A stretch of DNA of 64,000 bases from an uncultured Pirellulales bacterium (GTDB lineage: Bacteria > Planctomycetota > Planctomycetia > Pirellulales > UBA1268). The stretch covers positions 6,204-70,203 of the forward strand of contig CBFIHW010000001.1 of assembly GCA_965662325.1 (NCBI GenBank). Direction: 5' to 3'. The position numbers and the translations under genes are program-made. The notes under the pieces are model-generated. The model searched no databases, was not told where the DNA came from, and saw nothing but the letters and a program-made list of their open reading frames with translations. Below are positions 55,501 to 62,807 of this stretch, piece after piece. Position 1 is the first letter of the stretch. Each line of letters starts with the position of its first letter.

Positions 55501-56097
55501 CGTCTGAGTCGACGAAAGCAAGACGGCGTGCCGCCACTAGAAGATTGGGTGAGTAGTGCACCCGGCATGTCCGGCATTGGTTCGATCGCAAGACAATTCG
55601 GTTCAGCATTTCTCACAAGTAGTCGTTGGAAAAAGCTGATCATACAACCACAGACAACTCGCGAGGCTATGACGATTCGCTTTGCCAACCCGCCCCTTTC
55701 AAGAGCTGGACGGGCCGTTGCAACGCTTGTTGTTTTAGTCCTTGGAGTGTGGGGGTGTTGGGGGATTACAAAATTTGCGGACGGGATGCTCTCAATAGCT
55801 GATCGGTGGTGGCCAGCTGTTGCGTGCGTTATCGCCGTTGGCTGGATCATTTACCGCGAACCGGCCTGGCCCGGTTTTATGCTTTTGCTTCTGAGTGCAG
55901 GAACAGGGCTTGGACGACTGATTCGAATATATTCGGGGCTTGAGCATAACTCCATGGCCCTTGATCAGCCTACTGTTCAGTATGGATTAGGGCACGGCGT
56001 AAGTGTTTCGTCATCAACGCGAGTTGTCGGCAGCATGCATGAGTCATCAACGATTACACACTATGAATCAGCGAAACAAGTAGAGCCTGAGCCCTAG
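49564..56097 (+). CDS. Giant envelope protein B (2,177 aa): two tandem modules resembling protein A, each ending in a TM cluster
   Basis: The ORF is an uninterrupted 6.5 kb. The GTG at 49564 overlaps the TAG of ORF A, with alternative starts at GTG 49567 and ATG 49573. The N-terminal anchor is FRRLLLVALILVLC. Hydrophobic clusters lie at 52774-53075 and 55714-55935. Confidence 0.7.
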   Translation: MVHMYKKFCFHKPFRRLLLVALILVLCRYGVRQDNFLYGADVDEAKAGAVVQVEPGSMSFSRVYVPPGRLSDVIRDKERYIPMAVDEFDKVVQRLLPPDTNRAFDGPRPIAEYVLYEMKLDESGALLGDVSVRLPNLGREIEVFPGETRFQNSRWLDEEGAASQPIDWLQESVELQPLDRLLKPDGVQVDLFGKPNGSIDFQVPGAGTFIANLRVLPVRTDRSLNRGLSLGVGQSSFLFPRVPSLSTTLVLDLPGTLVPMIVGNVPITDRTDDNELASEEYYRWRYEFGPRRLLNVTLSPRRTSRCSVWSSVFVGERTVEIGTVLLPETVWSERSLRLKIGKQVTMISAQACGDGPNQMSRSYKMEVRHESNDTISLQLPATFVGTNARILLRSVISSIHQKKSSLQLPGVAIDPELWVGGGFFIDVENSLQLSDVVAENCLAIAPEKAVEWPKVDSFKTGSLDGLASQFSEPGFVFEQQDAGGSCGVSVVKRQPDFDVARVTTVDVSSASLIGRAACDIHVRRGSVHSIVGRISKEWFIDSVEPLIAGDVLAEGGAATEQVIPDRVQRDVGKVLGVPYEWKVVRGKNEDQLMLDLPRAIHKGESLRIKITGHRRGVPAGGQIRSTDAEMVQLVGEISGQAWIDLRTSPETTLVKIKGPENEALFEPRLTLLTEQGVWRQRVPVGRLASPKVFRFLRRRPPLEVLARSQFTVRGDQLSETYSFLCQAFQGELDAVTVHFSEPVGNLDWSVLSDSETTTIARRLNTTESNVGAESNSLKRSVKESWLVELNPPVTGAVTLRATGKQEFIEQTALPLVWVESAVAPQGRISIQSTRASRPSVLNHRLVQLPPLADQLPLPIQSVVELLYDASALAQTGPSVEILPVPDSVQSFARAWVWKESSRVRCYTSANAEYETTFIIENDGRQSVTVSLPEGHRLIGLEVQGESIPLQSSNVREFPVYLPSGRQRVFVTVHTAVAAEFLRGIWKLSSVVPAVDAPTLTREMQLALPKNIRLVGVPSGYTEIFQQDTDWIERLSGLSQRESWFANTSPNAALSTFNSRWFVPTSGRYRPRFFLLVNRWLLAVSALSVAAAATLLSLSFFWRSAWLLVASVVVASVAALWVPPPFDLIARASLWGILAAAGFRVWIYGRAKKQISFVFLVCMSSGVCSYGSEIPMQVFLTPVDGETTALVPEPLYKVLVGTNAAQSSKVRILNSRIELPSAPSSATQNNDEIWHLKLLVQTDSADVLLLDQSAAGSRFSDEPFLLDGGSLSVSLSADRHQAQLSLPAGGRHSLIIPLEPVRTRTGDIEVHEICLPRSPQTVVAVMPQDEMANSRDVRRKIQCEWSIGQGIFQPAQEVVSLDSRLQRFRVPPADRLRVINTLDSKETLTTVVHEAESRNEISWTPNGIILMAEFRITGGDAILPSFWIQADPRLVLNQGQDNENAFGMRGEFEIHSLGQGIYRVDRTEPNREKIAFQVSFRMPLINHIGKYELPYAWVRGVERDTRESILAGSSGLSCNVQFPEAVAPPQVNEVGDGTLQWVTELIESVDDSLPESSFTDFSKDGFDASRQPFVLQRQAAYVEVNREQTPLRGTQQMEIVDGVDKNHLVYEATIDSSQTAWIKDRVSIPAGYRLESCQVFEKKSVTTSLQNERPLDIFLQKEKQGVYGVLLQQPRPGIFTLRVQATSNAHLPGKGVLPLVRSFSAIKFPYSLIWRGVGRRSNITILGDQQSSEQNMVHESLADDSSLGLLAMRLSDENQRNVWRVELPSNDEMWSYQSEIKPQRELVDRPDSVLASTDVGPMAIVDSSLAVPLIDVEVVVDERGRISGICCIELPMTGPEVRIRVPAGFRVYETLLDGQQIQAQTPRRDSPSEVWSVPIRTGSWPHELVFIFVGEFEATTMQGEPVSLALPSVVGMPVERVLWTINHPINRVVRFAGRGDVLNEYESREIRMNVQTEIDDLIATISPALPKEVGVRLHELRLSRRKQDGVPPLEDWVSSAPGMSGIGSIARQFGSAFLTSSRWKKLIIQPQTTREAMTIRFANPPLSRAGRAVATLVVLVLGVWGCWGITKFADGMLSIADRWWPAVACVIAVGWIIYREPAWPGFMLLLLSAGTGLGRLIRIYSGLEHNSMALDQPTVQYGLGHGVSVSSSTRVVGSMHESSTITHYESAKQVEPEP

Positions 56098-56108
56098 GCT
56101 CCTGCCCC

Positions 56109-57044
56109 TTAACCACCTGAGTTAAATTTATAAGCCGAGTTAGTGGGATCAAAGTCGGCGTCTGTGAATCCATTGTTCACTTTAACATTCATGTAGGTGT
56201 ATTCCTCCATGAGGATCGGTTGCCCTCCCTGCTCTTTAGGCCAGTCGTAGGCTTCATAGCGAATGGGAATAAGGTATTCGTCATCCATGTAGACCCGAGC
56301 GAGGTGAAAGCGAAAGTTTCGTCGAGGCACTGGATGAACAACCTGAATGCAGGTGCAGACCCTTCCGTTTACTTTGGCTTCAGGAAAAAAATTAACATCA
56401 CACTCACCAAATTGCTTGTCATGTTGAGCGACCTCGACAAGTCGTTCTGCGAGGTTCTCGACACCGATCTCTGTAATCGGGTATCGGTTGCCCTGCATTG
56501 CGAGCATGCTCTGCGGTTTGAGAGAAACCGTACCAACCATTGCACGAACCCCACTGCCTGCATGGGCTAGCATGTTTCCATCATTCTTGCCATCAGAGTA
56601 AATGACCTCCTGTCCCTTTACTGCTTCTGGCGCAAGGAAGTAAAGATAAACACTAAAGGGCTCATGCCGAATTTTTGCAAACATGTATTCATGCGGTTTA
56701 AGTTCACCCCCAATACGCTCTCTTTTGACAACGGTGCATGAGTAGTCTTTTATATTGGCCCGGAGGTTATTAAGGCCTTTGGCTGCGAGAGCTAGAGCAG
56801 GTTCTAGGGGGTGCTCGCCTTGACCGGTATTGGATGCTGCTTCGCCGGCGTTAATATTACCCTGTGCCGTGTCTCCGTTTGGTATCAATCCCACTTGGCT
56901 GCCTGGAGTTTCTTGAGCCTGAAGGCCACCCAGTAGAACACTACAAACAAGCGTCCATGCACACATGCCACAAAAGGTTTTGTAGCTAAGGGAAAAGTGT
57001 TTGGTTGTGGTTGCTTTGATCGCAGTCATCCCTGATCTGCTCAT
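56109..57044 (-). CDS. Secreted DUF1571-like (LolA-like fold) protein
   Basis: The signal peptide is FCGMCAWTLVCSVLLGGLQAQ. The body (IKDYSCTVVKRERIGGEL.PHEYMFAKIRHEPFSVYLYF...EVIY...RYPITEIG) matches my recollection of the DUF1571 family, which is common in Planctomycetota and Acidobacteria. This assignment is from memory only. Confidence 0.6.
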   Translation of the reverse strand: MSRSGMTAIKATTTKHFSLSYKTFCGMCAWTLVCSVLLGGLQAQETPGSQVGLIPNGDTAQGNINAGEAASNTGQGEHPLEPALALAAKGLNNLRANIKDYSCTVVKRERIGGELKPHEYMFAKIRHEPFSVYLYFLAPEAVKGQEVIYSDGKNDGNMLAHAGSGVRAMVGTVSLKPQSMLAMQGNRYPITEIGVENLAERLVEVAQHDKQFGECDVNFFPEAKVNGRVCTCIQVVHPVPRRNFRFHLARVYMDDEYLIPIRYEAYDWPKEQGGQPILMEEYTYMNVKVNNGFTDADFDPTNSAYKFNSGG

Positions 57045-57395
57045 GGCTTGCTCCTCTTATCTGGGTTGGCCGGAGAAACTTTCGTGCCGACCTGCCGCTG
57101 AAGAGCGGCAAAATAATGATTTAAAAATCCTTTTACGTTATCGCAATGAGGGCATGTACTTCATTTAATAGATCGCTTTTGTATGGCTGATTCGTACAAA
57201 CAGAATGATCCACCAAACTCTTGCAAGCCGCAAAAATACAATTCGTAACCTACAAGGAGAAGTTAGCGATCTATCAAGGTGTGGGAAATGGCAAAAACAC
57301 CTGTTTTGAGACGTTTTTATCGAACTCTCACGATTTCGCGTATCATTTAGTAGTCGGGCTGTTCGCCGTACTCTCTCCCTGGTCGCCACTTTCAC

Positions 57396-58070
57396 ATGCA
57401 ATCTCATCACCCATTGATTACTGCATCGCCGTTTGAGGTGTACCGGATTGTGTCTCGTCCCTTTTACGAGAACACGTACGTTCTCGTGCAGTCAGGGTCT
57501 TCAGACTGTCTTATCGTAGACCCTGGTTTCGAGCCCGAAGCTGTCATCGAAGTCGTTGACGACCACGATTTTGATCCATTGGCAATTGTGTTGACGCACG
57601 GTCATTCAGATCATATTGCAGGCGTTTCTACCATGAAACAGCGATGGCCCTCGGCCCCTGTTTTCATAGGTCATGGTGATGCTGCAAAACTTACTGACCC
57701 AGTTGCAAATCTTTCAGCTGGATATGGCATCGATGTAAAGAGTCCCCCTGCAGATATCCTCTTGCGTGAGGATGAGAATTTACGGGTGGGTGAATTTTGT
57801 GCGACCGTTGCTGAGATCCCTGGTCATTCCGTTGGCCATATCGTTTTCTGGTTTGCGACTGATCCAATCCTCGTACTTGCCGGTGATGTATTGTTTCGTG
57901 AGGGTGTTGGTCGAACAGATTTTTCCGACGGTGATTTCTCATCACTTGCAACAGGAATTCTAAACAAGCTTTACAAACTGCCGGACTCTGCAATTGTTTT
58001 GCCTGGTCATGGTGAGCCAACAACAATTGGTCACGAGAAAAAACATAATCCATTCGTTCCGCTTCCCTAG
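57396..58070 (+). CDS. MBL-fold metallo-hydrolase (glyoxalase II-like)
   Basis: It has LTHGHSDHIAG (HxHxDH), then PGHSVGH, and a C-terminal LPGHG. Confidence 0.85.
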   Translation: MQSHHPLITASPFEVYRIVSRPFYENTYVLVQSGSSDCLIVDPGFEPEAVIEVVDDHDFDPLAIVLTHGHSDHIAGVSTMKQRWPSAPVFIGHGDAAKLTDPVANLSAGYGIDVKSPPADILLREDENLRVGEFCATVAEIPGHSVGHIVFWFATDPILVLAGDVLFREGVGRTDFSDGDFSSLATGILNKLYKLPDSAIVLPGHGEPTTIGHEKKHNPFVPLP

Positions 58071-58113
58071 CTCTTTTTTCATTGTCTTATCCCCCGACTC
58101 CATCTACTCCTTT

Positions 58114-58782
58114 ATGCTTGCCCCTGCTGATATGCCAACACCATCGCTCGACCAACTAGGTAGCCGGTCGACATTATGTAAGTTAACCGGTCTCGGTTTA
58201 GCTGGTCTGGCACGCCTGCTGGCGGGGGCAAGTATTCGCTGGATTGCCAGTCAGCCGGATACATGCCAGAGGGTATACTTTGCAAATCACACGAGCCATC
58301 TCGATGCGCTATTGATCTGGGCGTCGCTGCCACGATTGGTTCGGGAAATAACTCGTCCTGTAGCGGCTAAAGATTATTGGTCTCGCGGTGCTTTGAGGAG
58401 GTGGCTGGCTGAAGAAGTGTTCAATGCAATTCTGATTGACCGAACTGATATTAAGGTTCATCAGAGTCCAGTTGATCTTATGTTGCGTCAGGCCGGGAGT
58501 ACGAGATCTCTTATTGTCTTCCCAGAGGGTAGCCGAAGCACAACCGGCGAGATTGGGGATTTCAAAAGCGGACTTTATTATCTTGCAAAAAAACGTCCCG
58601 AAATCGAATTGATTCCTGTTCACATTGACAATCTTAATAGAGTATTGCCGCGTGGAGAATTTTTACCAGTGCCTTTACTTTCTTGCATAAGCTTTGGTCC
58701 TCCGCTCTGGTTGGAGCGAGACGAAGCCAAGTTAGACTTTTTAGCACGAGCGCGCAGGGCAGTCTTAGCTCTGAAGGAATAA
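58114..58782 (+). CDS. plsC: 1-acyl-sn-glycerol-3-phosphate acyltransferase
   Basis: ANHTSHLDALL (HxxxxD) and VFPEGSRS are present. I chose the ATG at 58114 to avoid overlapping the MBL gene. Confidence 0.85.
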   Translation: MLAPADMPTPSLDQLGSRSTLCKLTGLGLAGLARLLAGASIRWIASQPDTCQRVYFANHTSHLDALLIWASLPRLVREITRPVAAKDYWSRGALRRWLAEEVFNAILIDRTDIKVHQSPVDLMLRQAGSTRSLIVFPEGSRSTTGEIGDFKSGLYYLAKKRPEIELIPVHIDNLNRVLPRGEFLPVPLLSCISFGPPLWLERDEAKLDFLARARRAVLALKE

Positions 58783-58833
58783 AAAGTGGCAGTACTGATG
58801 CACGGTGACAATGCCAGAAAGGGTACTTCTTAA

Positions 58834-59805
58834 GTGAACGATATTCGTACCATTGCATTAGTTGCGGGTGTGCTTCTTTTGCTATCCGTAGTGACAGGAG
58901 TAGGGCAATTTCTGAAACGGCATCCAGATCGGGGTATCGATGCTGCCGCGGTGCGGACATTTAATATGCGAATTCGCGGGTGGTGGGTTTTATGCACGGT
59001 TTTGGCCGCAGCTTTCTGGCTCGGATCTACTGCTACCGTGACCCTGTTTGGATTCGTTTCTTTTTGGGCGTTGCGAGAGTTCATCACGCTCACCCCGACT
59101 CGCAAAGGTGATCACAGAGCGCTGTTCTGGGTGTTTTTCCTCTTCACGCCCCTCCACTACGTGCTCGTCGGACTGAACAGGTATGACATTTACAGTGTGT
59201 TTCTACCGGTTTACGCAACGTTATTTGTTCTGGCCAGGGCAGCGGTAGCTGGTGACTACAAGCGATTCCTTGAGCGAACGGCAAAAATTCAGGCGGGTCT
59301 TGTCGTATGCGTGTACTGCTTGTCATTTGCACCAGCTCTTCTCGAACTCCAAGTCGACGGAGTGCCAGAGCGTGCAGTTGAATTAGGTAGTCGTGATGCG
59401 AACTTTCGGCTGCTATTTTTTTTGATTCTACTCGTTCAGTTCGCAGACTGTATGCAGTATGTATGGAGTAGAATGTTGGGTCAGAGATTAGTTGCTGCTG
59501 CAGTCAGTTCCAATCGGACATGGGAAGGCCTCCTTGGCAGTGCCACGAGTACGGCGCTTCTTGCAGCAGTACTGTGGTGGGCGGCACCACCGTTTCAGCC
59601 ATGGCAGGCAGCAATCGTGGGGCTTGTCATCGCAGTCATGGGATTCGCTGGCGGTATGACGATGTCAGCCATCAAGCGAGACCGCGGCGTGAAAGATTAT
59701 GGAACGCTGGTGGTTGGTCATGGCGGCGTGCTTGATCGGATTGATTCGATCTGCTTTGCAGCGCCCGTTTTTTATCACATGACAGTCCTAGTGATTGGTG
59801 GCTAG
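58834..59805 (+). CDS. cdsA: Phosphatidate cytidylyltransferase
   Basis: It is a multi-pass membrane protein ending in the CdsA signature SAIKRDRGVKDYGTLVVGHGGVLDRIDS. The start is GTG. Confidence 0.85.
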   Translation: MNDIRTIALVAGVLLLLSVVTGVGQFLKRHPDRGIDAAAVRTFNMRIRGWWVLCTVLAAAFWLGSTATVTLFGFVSFWALREFITLTPTRKGDHRALFWVFFLFTPLHYVLVGLNRYDIYSVFLPVYATLFVLARAAVAGDYKRFLERTAKIQAGLVVCVYCLSFAPALLELQVDGVPERAVELGSRDANFRLLFFLILLVQFADCMQYVWSRMLGQRLVAAAVSSNRTWEGLLGSATSTALLAAVLWWAAPPFQPWQAAIVGLVIAVMGFAGGMTMSAIKRDRGVKDYGTLVVGHGGVLDRIDSICFAAPVFYHMTVLVIGG

Positions 59806-60746
59806 TTTCGATTTATTTCTCGTTGAGTGCGTTGAGCACGCTGAGCATAAATCGATTGCCGTGCTGCCGTAGCAGAAATCCTATCTCTCGTGGATTTGTT
59901 CATGTTTGATCCGTCAGGGCTTTGTCCGCGAGCGGTCCGTGCGAGGTCTTGTACCTGAGGAATCGCAGCAGCAACAGACGCCGGTGGAGCGGGACAGCCT
60001 CGCTTTACCCATTCCAGCCAAACGGTTTGCAGTTTGGCAATATCATTAATTCCATAGTACTGACTCAACGCCAGGGGCCAATCGCTACTTGCTAAACCGT
60101 CACCGACAAATTGAATGTATCGTTTTCTCCCGCCTCGCTCTATCAGGTAACGAGCAAGCGAGTAGCCCTGTGAGTAAAGCGGAAGTACGTCCGCTGGATA
60201 TTCTTTCATGGCAAACATTTCGGGAAAGGAAATCCCTCTGCCTGTTCGTAGAAACTCGATGAGTAGTCTGTGTTGCCGGGCTCTTTCTACTGGATGTTCT
60301 ACAGTTGTGCAGGCGCCCTCATCGGCCCACCGTGGTAGTGGTTGGCGGAAGTGACTTGCGAAAATTGTATGAGTAACCTCATGTGGCAGCACAGAATCAA
60401 GAATCCGTTCTTCACTGCCTTGGATCGTCATGGTCCAGTTGAAGACTTCGCCTCGATCGAATACGAAGCTCGTCGCACCACCTGCCCCAAGTGTTGGGGC
60501 GACTTCTGCGGTGATTGGACACGGCTGACTCCATCGAGGGAGGGGTTGCCCAATCCACTCTATGGCAAGATCGTGGCGATACTGTTCGGCAGCATCGCCA
60601 ATCTTCTGTGCTAATTGTGGGGTGGGGGCTTCAACAACAAAGTTTGCTGTTCTGTAGCCTGCCGCAAATAGAATATTTGCAGGGAGGATAAAGGCTGTTA
60701 TTGACCCGAGGAGAAAAGTTCTTCTTTCACGTTTTCCAAACTGCAT
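59802..60746 (-). CDS. Secreted zinc metallopeptidase, peptidase-MA-like
   Basis: The N-terminal signal/TM is FLLGSITAFILPANILFA. LPHEVTHTIF (HExxH) is followed 19 residues later by PRWADEGAC, the third-ligand Glu context typical of the Peptidase_MA_2 family. Confidence 0.6.
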   Translation of the reverse strand: MQFGKRERRTFLLGSITAFILPANILFAAGYRTANFVVEAPTPQLAQKIGDAAEQYRHDLAIEWIGQPLPRWSQPCPITAEVAPTLGAGGATSFVFDRGEVFNWTMTIQGSEERILDSVLPHEVTHTIFASHFRQPLPRWADEGACTTVEHPVERARQHRLLIEFLRTGRGISFPEMFAMKEYPADVLPLYSQGYSLARYLIERGGRKRYIQFVGDGLASSDWPLALSQYYGINDIAKLQTVWLEWVKRGCPAPPASVAAAIPQVQDLARTARGQSPDGSNMNKSTRDRISATAARQSIYAQRAQRTQREINRN

Positions 60747-60837
60747 GTATTCACCACTTGGGAGACGGTGTCATCATTTATGACGATGACGAGACGTCGG
60801 ACGGTAGCGGTGAAAAGAAGACGAGGCCAGAGCGATT

Positions 60838-61620
60838 TTATTCGGCAGGAATCAGTTTCGGCCATGCTAGCTGAAGCTGATTTGTCTGGGGTATCTCAAG
60901 TGTTGTACCCGGTGATAGCGATACTCGCGGCTGAAGAGTCTTGTTCCATGCGAAAAGGCTTCGGTAATAACGGCCATCACCGTAGGCAGTCTCTGCTAAT
61001 TGCCACCAGGAGTCACCCTCTTGCACGTCATAAAGCATGCCCGGTGAAATCTTTTTCGTTGGTTTTGTGATAGATGTTTGAGGTGGTGAATTGGCGATGG
61101 GTGGGGACTGTAGAGGTAACTGTGAATTGACGTTATCTACAGTTTTCACTGACGGTGCTTCAGGCAGTGTTTGTACTGTTTTTGGTTTCTGCCATGGAGC
61201 GTTCTTTTTTTCAATGTCTGGAAATCTTTTTACACCTGACTCCAGAGGGTCGTTGGCAGGAGTTTCGTCGACTGTTTCAAGCGCGGGAGGATCATCAATT
61301 CTCATAGCCGGAAGAGAAAAGACTTCTTGATCGGCTTGTTCAAACGAGGGTTCAAAGCTTGCCTCAATATTCGGAAAACGTGTCTGTGTTTGTGACGCAT
61401 CACCGAAGGTATCTACGTGCTGTAGCGGTTTCTTTTCCGGGCTCGGGGTAAGGTCAGGAGGAGGAACTGTTTCTGCAAAGGGATTGAAAGTGAGGGTATG
61501 AATATCTGGACCAGCGCCCTCTGGGGGGCGAGGTATAAACAGCCGTAGAGCAAGTGCAGTTACAAAAATTCCTGCTAAAAGACCGAGTAATGACAGAAGG
61601 AATTTGGATTCACGTCCCAT
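60838..61620 (-). CDS. Bitopic membrane protein with a Pro-rich linker and a C-terminal LysM domain
   Basis: The N-terminal TM is FLLSLLGLLAGIFVTALAL. The C-terminal YDVQEGDSWWQLAETAYGDGRYYRSLFAWNK....LSPGTTLEIP fits the LysM consensus. Confidence 0.7.
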   Translation of the reverse strand: MGRESKFLLSLLGLLAGIFVTALALRLFIPRPPEGAGPDIHTLTFNPFAETVPPPDLTPSPEKKPLQHVDTFGDASQTQTRFPNIEASFEPSFEQADQEVFSLPAMRIDDPPALETVDETPANDPLESGVKRFPDIEKKNAPWQKPKTVQTLPEAPSVKTVDNVNSQLPLQSPPIANSPPQTSITKPTKKISPGMLYDVQEGDSWWQLAETAYGDGRYYRSLFAWNKTLQPRVSLSPGTTLEIPQTNQLQLAWPKLIPAE

Positions 61621-61843
61621 TCAAAGTCCGCACGAATAAAATACGTTCAGTGGCTGCGTGCTTCGCAACTCTTGGTTTTTTCTTATGGGCAGTGATTCTG
61701 CTGAAAGAATGCTGATGTTGCTAGAGCGGCAGGGAAAGAAAAAATTGTTTGCAAACGGAGTGCTGGTACCGAAAAACATCGATAACAGCTTTCTTTGTGG
61801 CAAAATGGGAAAGCTGCGTGACATTCTGTTTACAGAGTGTTTA

Positions 61844-62755
61844 TCAGATTCGTTCCGCAGCTCGGAGTCGTGCTGAACGAGACCGACGATTCGTAGCAAC
61901 TTCACCTGCCGTAGCTTCAACTGGTGATTTCGTAAGACAGTTCCAGATTTGTGGACTACGGAAAGCTGTCTTTACGAGCCGGTCTTCGAGTGAATGGAAT
62001 GCGATAACAACCAGCCTGCCCCCGGGTTTTAAACGAGTAGGTATTCGTTCAAGTGCAATCTGAAGAGATTTAAGTTCTTCGTTCACTGCAATTCGAAGTG
62101 CCTGAAAAGTACGAGTCGCTGGATGTATTCTTTTTTGTTGCGTTGCTTGACGAGGTATGGCGGACGCTACAAGTTTGGCAAACTCTTTGGCTGATTCTAT
62201 TGGCTCACGCTCCCGGGCGTGCGCAATACGTCTTGCGATTCGGCGGCTGTGTCGCTCTTCTCCAAATTCATAAATAAGGTCTGCAAGCGTCTCTGGTCGG
62301 AGTCGGTTAATAAGCCTCCATGCAGGCTCCCCTTCTGTTGGATCAAATCGCAGATCAAGTGGTCCGTCAGAGTCAAACGAAAACCCTCTTTCACGGTCGG
62401 CCAGCTGATCACTTGAAATGCCAACATCTAGAAGCATGCCATCAATACTTTGGACCTCTACTGCATCGAGAACTTCTGGTAGATTGCAAAAGTTTGCCTG
62501 GGCGAATCGAATTGGGAGATTTGTGAGTTCTTTTGCACCACGTTCAATTGCAGCAGGATCCCGGTCAATGGCAATGACCTTTCCGGTTGGTCCGACAATT
62601 TCTGCAAGCAGTCGTGTATGCCCTCCACCTCCGAGTGTTCCATCAACAACTGTCATGCCCGTTGAGAGATTCAGGAAGGACAGCGACTCCTGAACCAGAA
62701 CGCTGGTATGGAGGCTCGTTGAAGAGGGTCGATGGATAGAGTTTGACTTGTGCAC
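61844..62755 (-). CDS. rsmH: 16S rRNA (cytosine1402-N4)-methyltransferase
   Basis: HTSVLVQESL, VDGTLGGGGH, DLGISS-like LLDVGISSDQL, FHSLEDR and the C-terminal NRRSRSARLRAAER are present. Confidence 0.9.
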   Translation of the reverse strand: MHKSNSIHRPSSTSLHTSVLVQESLSFLNLSTGMTVVDGTLGGGGHTRLLAEIVGPTGKVIAIDRDPAAIERGAKELTNLPIRFAQANFCNLPEVLDAVEVQSIDGMLLDVGISSDQLADRERGFSFDSDGPLDLRFDPTEGEPAWRLINRLRPETLADLIYEFGEERHSRRIARRIAHAREREPIESAKEFAKLVASAIPRQATQQKRIHPATRTFQALRIAVNEELKSLQIALERIPTRLKPGGRLVVIAFHSLEDRLVKTAFRSPQIWNCLTKSPVEATAGEVATNRRSRSARLRAAERI

Positions 62756-62807
62756 GCCGCCAGTTTAACCATTTCGAGCAGTTCGTTTATTGAGTACCTT
62801 AATAAGC

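Noticed and set aside
45830-56097. The possibility that giant ORFs A and B are one gene broken by a frameshift (a pseudogene).
   Set aside because: The junction is a clean stop/start overlap (TAG/GTG, plus nearby GTG and ATG). It is followed by a typical basic-plus-hydrophobic N-terminal anchor for B, and A ends with its own TM cluster and hydrophilic tail. The two ORFs behave like separate coupled cistrons. A sequencing check would still be prudent.
61621-61920. A 99-codon ORF downstream of rsmH whose stop abuts the LysM gene's ATG. It could be a possible ftsL-like small gene.
   Set aside because: It overlaps the conserved RsmH C-terminus by 77 nt, has no transmembrane helix or coiled coil as FtsL would, and has an odd composition. 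A shorter internal start cannot be excluded, so I mention it under the rsmH finding rather than calling it.
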